Below are positions 24,901 to 36,477 of a stretch of DNA of 64,000 nucleotides, one piece after another (the first letter of the stretch is position 1; the number at the start of each line of letters is the position of its first letter). Source of the DNA: Octopus sinensis (taxonomy: Eukaryota); NCBI RefSeq assembly GCF_006345805.1, contig NC_042997.1, positions 101,742,001 through 101,806,000 on the forward strand, read 5' to 3'. The notes below the pieces were generated by a model that was given only the letters and a program-made list of their open reading frames with translations, was not told where the DNA came from and made no database searches. The position numbers and the translations under genes are program-made.

Positions 24901-27900
24901 CAATAATACATTTAAGTAGGCCCTATATTTATTGTTGTATTTGGTTTGCAAGATTCTTTATGTAAATTCTTGTGTTGAAACAAATTTAGTTGTGTCTCGG
25001 GAGAATCATTACACGAATAATAATTTAACTGAGTCACTGAAGAGTCATGAACAGTTATGAAAGGACTTTTAACTAAGAAACAACCAACTGATTGTTTAAC
25101 CAGCACATTAAATAAATGATCGATTAGTTAGTTGGTTAGACATTTAACTAATTAACAATAAAGAAGTGGAATTGAACCTGTGCATATGTTGTTATTATTA
25201 TTGCTGTAATGACTCTCCTAAAACACAAAAAAAGAGGACTCCATCTCATTTTTCTTATTGTACAAACAATATTTACTCTAACAAAGCAAGAAGCCATATT
25301 ATTCTACATTAAAGTACATATTACACAAACAATGATATTTACTTTAACAAAGCAAGAGGCTATTTTTTTTTTTACTATAAAGTACATATTTAATCAATTC
25401 CTTTGAGACACAAAAACCAAAGTCAACAACAGTGAGATTTAAAATCAGAGCAGTGAAATATGTAAGCTGACACTGTAAAGCATCTTTGTCAAGCTCGCTA
25501 CAATCTATGCCATCTCCAAATAAAGTGAATAATAACATGTATATTCTAAATGGAAAAGCATCAGAATCTACAAATTGTAATACATGAAATACAGCACTAT
25601 AAATAGATTTTAATGCCGATTGTATAAAATGAAAAGTTTAGAAACACTCCAACTCCATTAAAATACAGAAAGGATTTGACTACTCTAAGTAAAAAATTTC
25701 AAACAATACTCTTTGCTCAGTAAAACCATGTTTTATATTTCAGCATGAGAATATCTTTTATAAAAATCTACATTGGACAAATAAATTATTCATATGAATG
25801 TTTTCTTCCAAGTCCAGTGTATACACGAAGTCAATCACATCAAATACCCTTCTTCTCTTGGACCTTCCATCAGAGAAATGAAAACTAAGAAATAAAACTA
25901 GCAATCATATTGCTCACACAGACACACACACACACACACACACAAACATGGAACTGAATATATAAAAAAAATTCAAGAAGCTGCTACTATGAAACTGATT
26001 TCCTCTTAACCACTAGAATAGCAAGTAGGCCAATACTGAGACAAAGATGGAATTTTTATTGATAATTTACTCAATGAAATAATTACTTTTTTTTTTTTTT
26101 TTATCTCACTGGTAAAATTTATGTAAACTGCTCAAGTACTATTCCATATTATTCTTAATTTACAATTCATCTGAGATTGAGGTAAATGAAGAACTAAAGA
26201 ATACTGTACAACTGATGAGGCAATGGAGATAAACATGAACTAGTGCATACACCCTAGAAATACCAGCAAAAATTGTAGTTATATTGACAATTAGATCATT
26301 AGAAGTTTATAGAGAACCATGAAACTGTGCCTTTTTTTTTTAAGCATTTAATTCTTGAAATGGTACAAAGTCGACATGGGAGTACTGCAGATGCAGTCTT
26401 GAGAGAGAACAACTCTAAAACCCATATTTTTTTGTCAAACACTTGTCACTTCTTTTAACTTGAGAAGGTTATCTATTATTTTTATGTATCAAAAGTAAAG
26501 TGTAAGCTATGGAATGAAATCTAAGACTATCTGTCGATAATATTATTCTGCTATAGAAGGCATTGTTAAAGTTTTAATAGAACATTATTTTCAAATGAGA
26601 GAAAAAGTGCTCATGCCTGGACTCACAGTGCACAAAGTGCAGTAGCTGACCTACTGCACCATAAATTCTAAAAAAATATATATCAGTAATATCACATTTA
26701 CAAGCCAATTATCATAAATATAATATAAATATTGTGCATATAAATTGTCTATGATTGTGTCCCACAGCCAGTGTTACTGCATAAACTGTAGTTGTTACAT
26801 ATATATTATTCTACAATAGTCTATGTAACAATGTAGGCTTTTGCAGAAAATATATATATATATGGCTTTAGTTATATATAAAAACAAAAGGCAGATACAA
26901 AAATTTAGTTTTTAAAAAGGTGTCAGTAACTTTGAAGTTTTGCACTCCTCATTTTTGAAAGATATAAAGATTACTAGACTTTTTAAATTTAAAATAACAC
27001 AAACACACACGCACTTTAAATGTACTAGAAAAACACTTGAAACTTTTGTCAACACATTGCTGTTTTACTGATTGGAATGTAATTTACCCTTCAACAAAAA
27101 CAAATAAATATTTATTTGTTGCAGATTACATCTGCTGCTGGACATTTTTTATATATCTTCACTCTGAAATACAGGTTGCTACTGTAAATCTGAATTTTGA
27201 AAATTACTGAGAATAAATTGCCATTCATATTAGGTCTTCTAAGCAGCAATTTCAGACAAAAACTGATGAGATTCCAACCATGTATAATCTATTCTCTTTA
27301 CTCAGGTAAGTTACTATAGATGTTTTTTTTTTTAACCTTTCCTTCCCATTTAACTGTACAATATAGCAGGGGCAAATAACATTTCTAACAAGCTTAATTT
27401 AAGAAGAGGAAATAGGAGCCACTTAGTAATAGAATTAGAAACACAGTCACCTGACAAAGGAGAGATATATGGTTTCAATAATGCCTGTTGCCATTTTTTG
27501 TACCTCGAATTGATGCCAATAATATCAGATATCATCTACTTCAAAATCTTAGTAGTTTATAATCTCATCTAGCATTATTACATTTTAGTATCATTGTTTT
27601 TAATGCCTTTAGAGATAATATCATTATGTTTTTAATATGTTTAAGAATGCCACAAACATTACTGTTTTCCATTTCTATATCCTAGCCTTTGGCATTTATA
27701 AGAAATCATTATCCTAAATACATTCTGAATAATTAGAATATTCTGAAACCTCATGAATAATGACAGCAAACTGTAAATCAGGCATCAAAACAAAGGGAAA
27801 GTATGATGTATGTACTTACAACTTATTCCTTAACAAAAACTATTCCAAAACAAATACTGACACACTAACACTCAAATGGGATACAGAGTTTTTTTTTTAT

Positions 27901-30900
27901 TCACAGTTAATTTAGCATATTAACAACAGTTATTAAGCCAAAAGAAAGTAAACAGTCATGGAAGGGTAAATTTTGAAGCTCAGTTTTGCTTTAATAAATG
28001 ATATATAGACAAAGGAAGAAAATAAAGATAACGGCATATCTCTGCGTAACTTCAACACCAGAGAACTAAAAGATATACATGCTAAGGCAAAATAAAGATG
28101 ATTAAACAAGGTTAAAAAAGAAAAGGAAAATAGGGAACATAGTGGTTTGTTTTGATACCTGGAACGAGTCTTGATGTAAACTCTGCATGAAAGAGAGAAA
28201 GCATATATATGACAGAAGACAAGAGTAATCTTTACTTGTCAACAATAATGACATCAATTTTGCAACCTTTGCAGCAGCTTTTGTTCAAGAAAAAAAAAAT
28301 CATTAGATTCTAAGGAATGTTCTCTGCTTCATAAACAACACAACATAACACCTTAATATTTTTCACCATATTTTTGATGGAAACTGCAACCATATCAAAT
28401 CAAGGGTTTGTAAACTGTATTTCGAACATATAAAATGATTCAATAGTCAGATAAAACTAATACCCATTAGCTTCAATTAGAATAAATTGACAAAATCCAA
28501 GAGATCATGTAACTTTAGATGTCAAACCTAATAATTAATATACTTATTATCGATATTGTTATAAACGAGTGGAGAATCTCTACCCTACACAATGCTTTCT
28601 CAATTTTTCTTCTGCAGTCTCTATCTTTAAACTCAGCTGACTCTATTCTTTCCAGAGTTTCAGTCAAGTCAAAGTTTTCCTTTAAGTACTTTGAATAACA
28701 GTACACTCATGTGAGGGAAAAAAAAAGGAAAGCTGGGTGGTGATGAAATTGATTAATTAGAAAGGAGGGAGTTACAAGTGTAGTTGAAAGGAAAACAATT
28801 AGTTAACAGAAAACAGCAAAGAAATTTTATCGGAATATAAATGTATAAATGCGTTACAAATCTAATTAGATGAAAATTATTACAATTGTGATCTCATTTT
28901 TTTTTTTTTAATTTATCATTTTCAATCATTTTATTGCTTTGTCAAAGGAGGAAGGGCAGTATCCATGACTCTTTCCAGGGCTTCTGCGTCAGGTGATTAG
29001 AAGGGAGAATGTTTATCCTCAGACTAGAGATCTAACTCAAATGCTTGTAACAAAGTGAAAATAACTAAATGCACTCAATAACTACCAGATGGTGATGTTA
29101 AACTGGGCAACAGGTTAAGTCTATACCCCAAGATAGGAATAGTCCATCCATCCATTATGCTTCCACATAGGATCAGTCTACCAAATCTCACTCACAAGTC
29201 TTTGATTAACCCAAGGTTCAGATAGCAGTGTCTTGCCCAAGATGTACAATGGTGTCAAGCCAAAACCCAGTGTGGCAAAAGTGAACTCATTAAACAAGGT
29301 GCCATGCTGACATCTATATTTTAGAAGTGAATGCATAGACTGAAGAACTCATCACAACTTGAAGTCAAGTTAATGCCAAAAGTTTCTTAACACTAGCATT
29401 TAAACCAACCATATCTGGCCCAAATATTCTCCTTGTTTTACATTCAGATCAGTCAGATCCTATCTCTCACACTTATGCTACAATGTCCTTCTAAAAATAT
29501 ACAATCATATCCTCAAAATCTTGAAGCTACAAGCATTACATTTAACAAAATAATCTGAATGCTAAAGGGTTAGATGTACTTTAGTAGTAAAATATATCCG
29601 AGAAATCTGAATATATTTTCTAAAGCATAACAAATATTTCCTTTCTATTACATACAAATTTTACTGTTTCACAACTGTTATTCTATGCTAACAAGAATAT
29701 GAACTGAGGTAGTTTTTTTTTCTCCTTTAGTATAAGATGTTAATAAAAGGAATGATAATGTACAATATTGGCTATAAATAAAAACTGACAACAAATGTGA
29801 CAAGCTGCATAATTTAGCTGTACAGGATTAGATCATCAATATTAGATATAATTGTTATAAGCTTGTTATTTATAACAGAACAGAGTCTTTTCGAAAAAGT
29901 TTGAAAAAAACCCATATAAAATGTATTTTCACAAAGTAAACAGCAAGCAATAAAATTGCTTTTAAAATTTATTTTTGTGGTTGTTTTTTCACTGATCATT
30001 TGAGGTTTAATAAAAATCCCTAGTAGTACTCAAATAAATAAATAAAAACAAAATTTATTTTTAAAGATGTAAAGAATGCAACCAGAATCAAGTGATGTCT
30101 TGAAAAAGCTGGGTATAAATGTCAATAAGGAGGAAAAAAACCAAATAAACGATGGAGGTACATAAACCTGAACTTTTCTCTTATTGGTTACATTTTATGT
30201 CCTGTTTCAGCTTTATCAAATAATACTGAATTACTTTACAAACCCTTAGTTCTTTTTATTTTTCTCCAGCTCTTCCTTAATTGTAAACTTTTCTATTCAG
30301 AACAGTTTCAAATACATCTAAAATATTCATGAAGGAGGAATATAGTGGCAAATGTAGGAGGAATAGAAGATTATACAGATCACTTAAAACTGGAGGGAGG
30401 GAGGGGGGGAAGAGAGAGAGAGAGGGCACAATAGTAAAGCTAAAGTTAATATGGTAGGATGCAGTCTGGATTTGGTGTAGGTAAGAGCTAGTAACACTAG
30501 ACTTTACTTTGCATTCGTAGAAGGTAGCTCTTACACAAATAAAAGTGGGTACTGAAAAGTTCCTGGCTTTAAGGGTATCGCAAAAGGCCTGGTTGGAGGC
30601 CCAACCTTCTGAGTTCTTTTACAGGGTTTAGAAAAACTGGAAGACTGCTGCAGTAAGTGTGTGAATCTGAGAGGGGAATATTAAAATAATTAACTGATCC
30701 TCCTGTATTTTCTTTTACCCAAAGCCAGGAACTTTTCAGCACCCCTTGAGAGAGAGAGAGAGAGAGAGAGATCTCAAAACTCCTCTGAGTAATGAATGCA
30801 AATTTTTGAAATGCTTTGCAGAAAACTGTTGACTATCCAATGACCAACTAAATTTTTTAAAATAGCAGATACAAAATTCCCTTGACCTAACCAATAAGTG

Positions 30901-31771
30901 AATTTTCAAAGAATGCAGGTACACATGACAATTCATTTCTTTGAATTCAGAATTTTAAGAGTAGTAGGAAAATAGGATACAAAAAAAAAAAAGGAAGTAA
31001 TTGAGAAACAAAAGAGGCAAAAATCCAATTTCTCTCACAATTCCTTTTAAGCATACATACAGCAATTGGCAAACAAATGGAGACAGCATAGTGTAAAGAG
31101 GACTCTTTGGTTTTCCCAATGAAAGACTACCTCTCTTATGATTGTACCACAATTAAATTTAGTCAGTACACTGTAAAGTAGCTGAACAGCATCCAGCCTT
31201 AGAAACCATATCAAAGTTGAAGGTGTGAAACATGGTGATTGGTCCTGCTTCAGGGACATGTATTTTACTTCATCCTAGGTTACTTCAACTCTCTCAGAAC
31301 ACTCCCCAGATCTTGCATTCATTCTACACTGATGCTGTCAATGCAGAAATCCAATTTTATCTAAACCTCAACTCTCTATATGAACTAATTTCATCCATCA
31401 CACACATCCCAACTGACACGAAGACTCCAAACATCATTGATCTCTTTCTCCCCACCAAACCCAGCTTCTACTAGATGAACATCTCTGCATCTATCAGGCC
31501 ATCCACTCATTGCTTCATCACCTATTCTCACCATCTTACACTGATTGACATGGTAGTGTGGACACAGAATTTGCTTTGTTAAAAGGTGGTCTCGGGTTGT
31601 ATCTTACTGCATGGCACGGTGGGCAAGACTCTTCTACTCTGTAGATTCAGACCAACAAATACTTTCAGTGAAATTTGTAGATGGAATATATATATATATA
31701 TATATAGATATATACAGTAGGACCTCGAATTTCGAACACTTTTGCTCATGAATAAATTGTGCTTTATATAT

Positions 31772-31831
<60 letters not shown>

Positions 31832-32373
31832 TATGTAAAAAGCACTTCTTAATGGTGATCAGTGGCGTTCATAAACTGAGGTACTACTGTATTAAATGAA
31901 TATGAGAAAGACGGAGATAAAGCACGATTTAAACATGATCAGAGGTATTTGAAAACTGAGGCACACACCCACACACACGTCAAGGTCACCAGCACAAATC
32001 CATACACGTATACACACGCACCTTCATTTTGGGATCATTACTACTTTATTATCTCCCCTTCTTCCCAGCTCTCCTGACTGACCACCTCTGTCCGGCAGTT
32101 GCCATGATAGATTGCAAGCCACAAAACAGTTTTTAATTTCCTCCCTCTGTATATTTCTATCTTCTTTTCTGTTGAAGAGTGTAGACTCAAAACGTAAAAG
32201 ACTTTCTTACTTCCCGAGTGTTAAACTAATACATTTGTTTGTTGTTTATATACCTGACTTCATCAATTGTTTTTTCATAAATTCTCACTATGTATATATA
32301 TATATATACACACACACACAGTGCCTCAGCTTTCGGACCACTGATATATATATACATATATATATATACACAC

Positions 32374-32428
<55 letters not shown>

Positions 32429-32720
32429 CACACATATATATATACATATATATATATACACACATATATATATACATATATATATATACACACACATATA
32501 TATACATACACAAATATATATATACATACACACACATATATATATACACACATATATATATACATACACACACATATATATATACACACGTATATATATA
32601 CATACACACACATATATATACACACGTATATATATACATACACACATATATATATATACACACGTATATATACATACACACACACACATATATATATACA
32701 TACACACACACATATATATA

Positions 32721-32759
<39 letters not shown>

Positions 32760-33452
32760 CACATATATATTCATAGATGCATACATACATATATATATTC
32801 ATAGATGCATACATACATATATATATTCATAGATCCACACATATATATATATATACAGATATATATACATGCATATATATATACATATATACAAACACAC
32901 ACACATACATATATATATACATATATACAAACACACACACATACATATATACAAACACACACACATACATATATACAAACACACACACATACATATATAC
33001 AAACACACACACATACATATATACAAACACACACACATACATATATATATATATATGTTCATACATACCAAATCCAAAAACGAAATATATATATATATAT
33101 ATAATATATATATATATTTGTTTTGTTTTTTTTTTCGTTTTTCTTGTTTCAGCTCAGAGCTGTGGCAATGCTGATGCACCGCCGTTTTGTGCTAAGAGAC
33201 TCCTCTAATATGTGGCACTTGGTGAAGAATGGAGTTTGATATAGCTACCCTCATTTGCACCTCTTGCCGTGAGGTAGGTTTATCTGGGGCTCTCGACAGG
33301 AAGATGTCCAGCTTTGATTTAAAAACTGTTACATCTACTTTGTGCAAGTTCTTCAGACTCTTTGGGAGAATATTAAAAAGCTGTGGGCCCTTGAAACCCA
33401 GGCTGTTGCAGTAGCTGGTCCTTAAGTGTGATGGCACTGCTGGGATCTTTGG

Positions 33453-33503
<51 letters not shown>

Positions 33504-33504
33504 C

Positions 33505-33539
<35 letters not shown>

Positions 33540-35564
33540 CATATGCATACAAATATATATACATACATATATTTATATACATATATATACATACATTTAT
33601 ATACATATAATTATATACAAACATATATCTACATATATATCTACATATATATATATATACATACAATATCTATATATATATATATATACATATATATACA
33701 AATATATATATACATATATATGCATATATACAGATATATACATACAAATATCTATATATATATATATATACATATAAATATATTAAATATATATATATAT
33801 ACATACAAATATCTATATATATATATATACATATAAATATATTAAATATATATATATATATACAAATATAAAGTAAATAAATGGTACAACAAGGCACCGA
33901 TATTTACTGGAAAATAGCAATCGTAATAAATACGACGCTATTGTATAGCTTCACTGTGTATATACTAGCAAAGACGCGAGTGTGCAACAAACATGAAAAA
34001 AATTTGTCTTACCTCTAGGAAGAACATCTGATAAATGGACAACCTAGAATTGGATGATGCATGACCGTTTTCTGACTCTTCAAATACGTTTGACAACGTA
34101 AATTTGATTAGTCTTCATCAGCTGCATTTACCTAGACAAAAGTGATAGGGTAGGGTTGGGATGGGATGGATAGGGAAGGTGGGGTTGGACTGTGTGGGTG
34201 TGGGGTTACAAGGGAGGGGTGACGAAGGGAGAGGGGGAGGGAGAAGGTGGATAGGAGTAAACAGAAGAGAAGTTGGTAGGAGAGTCCAGTTTGCTGGACA
34301 TTGTTGTAGAGCTGAAAAAGAAGTAATTTCTACTCTTCTCCTCTGGAAGCCATCTACTCGCAATACCAGAGGGCGCACACTCTCCTACCCTGATGTAATC
34401 TCCAGGGATACAGGCATCCAGCAACAGGACCTCCGTAATGCTATGATGGACCGTGAAGTCTGGCGTAACATAGTAAATTCCATTGTCTCGACCACGGTCG
34501 AACAATGATGATGATGATGATAGAGCAAGAGAGGAGAGGTGGGTGAGAGGAAGTAGGTGTGAGAGGAAGAGAGAAGAGGGGAGGAGAGTTGAGCCCATGT
34601 GGCGCAAAGGAGCGAAGAGAGAAGATTAATCCCTGTTCATGGCACAAACAGGAGTCCAGATAGCCCATGTGCAAGGACAATCTGAATACATACAGGTGTT
34701 GCAAAGAGTGACCAGAAGAGTGGAAATGGCATGAAACTGGGGTGTCATTGCTGAGTCGGATGTCTCAGTGGTATTCCATAAACCGGTCAGCCATGCAGCA
34801 TCCTGTTTGCCCAATGTATAGAGAAGAGCAGGAGATGCAGATGACATTGGTAGAAGTGCAGGCGAAGGAGTCGGTGATATGATAGGGTCAATGATGGGTG
34901 CTGGTGAGGATGGTGTTGGAGAGGTAAGGGCAAGTGTGGCAGCATGGGTGGGAGCAGGGGAATGAGCCGGGTTGTGAGGTTGGGTTAGTGAAGAGGATGT
35001 GGAGCAAGACGTTTCGTAGAATGTGGCTAACCTTTCATAATATCACTTTCATAATATCTGACCCCTCCACTTCATACATCTTCCCACCTCTCGGTGGGAA
35101 GATGTATGAAGTGGAGGGGTCAGACTGGAGTCACCAGAAGGCCCAGAGAATGGTGCATTGGAGAGGTAGGGTGGTAGTTGAGGGGAAAGGGGAGACTGGA
35201 GACAGTGGGTCAGGTCCAGGGGAAGAGAGCAAATGTGCAGTTCATGGAACATGCTCTGGCAAGAGTAGTGTGGATAGTGGTGAAGGGATATCCATGTAGC
35301 AAGAGGTGGAAAGCCATGACTTGAAACTGAGTCTCAAAGTCATAGTTGTCACTGCAGAGCCTGCATCGACAGAGGAATTGGGAGGATTCTCTACCTAGAC
35401 TTTCTACTCTTGAACACTTCAGCTGCACCTCACTGCCCACCATGGATTACAATGGACTTCTCTGTTGATGATAAACCGCTACATACATACATACATATAT
35501 TTGAATATATATATATATATATATACATACATACACACACACATACATATATACATACATGTGC

Positions 35565-35597
<33 letters not shown>

Positions 35598-35971
35598 TAC
35601 ATATATATATACATACATGTGCATATATACACATATAAGCATATATGTATATATACATTTATCATCATCATCATTTAGCGTCCGTTTTCCATGCTAGCAT
35701 GGGTTGGACGGTTCAACTGGGGTGGCATCAGGCCCAGTCTGATCTGGCAGTGTTTCTACGGCTGGATGCCCTTCCTAACGCCAACAACTCCGCGAGTGTA
35801 GTGGGTGCTTTTTACGTGCCACCCACACAGGTGCCAGACGGTGCTGGCAAACGGCCACGAATGGATGGTGCTTTTACGTGCCACCGGCACGGAGGCCAGT
35901 TGGGGCGGCACTGGCAACGGCCACGAACATGTATATATATATACACATATGTGCATATATACACACATATA

Positions 35972-36018
<47 letters not shown>

Positions 36019-36108
36019 GCATATATGTATATACATACATATACATATCTATATATATATACATATGTATATATACATAAGTATATATACATATATAGAT
36101 ATACAATC

Positions 36109-36149
<41 letters not shown>

Positions 36150-36350
36150 TAGACACACACACACACACACATATATATATACACATATCTGTTCATATAT
36201 GTTTATACATACATATATATATATACAGACACACACATATATATATATATAGACACACACATATATACACACATATATAGATATATATATACAGACACAC
36301 ACATATATACACACATATATATATATAAATATACATATACCTATATGGAG

Positions 36351-36389
<39 letters not shown>

Positions 36390-36444
36390 AATACATATAT
36401 ATGTATATATACACATATTTATACATACACACACATATATATAT

Positions 36445-36477
<33 letters not shown>

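Noticed and set aside
27128-27306. 34-nt minus pseudo-exon (27130-27163) and a plus-strand CAG|gtaag donor at about 27305
   Set aside because: Weak donor for the minus candidate; no coherent plus-strand gene structure around the plus donor.
27935-28065. Acceptor (atgtatatcttttag) 93 nt after the 24-nt microexon, opening about 43 codons ([12 protein letters not shown]...) to a stop; possible alternative last exon
   Set aside because: Peptide is low-complexity and AT-driven, and I identified no convincing poly(A) site; cannot be separated from chance.
28515-28706. Minus ORF with a protein-like stretch ([27 protein letters not shown])
   Set aside because: The available acceptors give stops in the phase required by DOP1 (phase 2); no good donor; no recognisable family.
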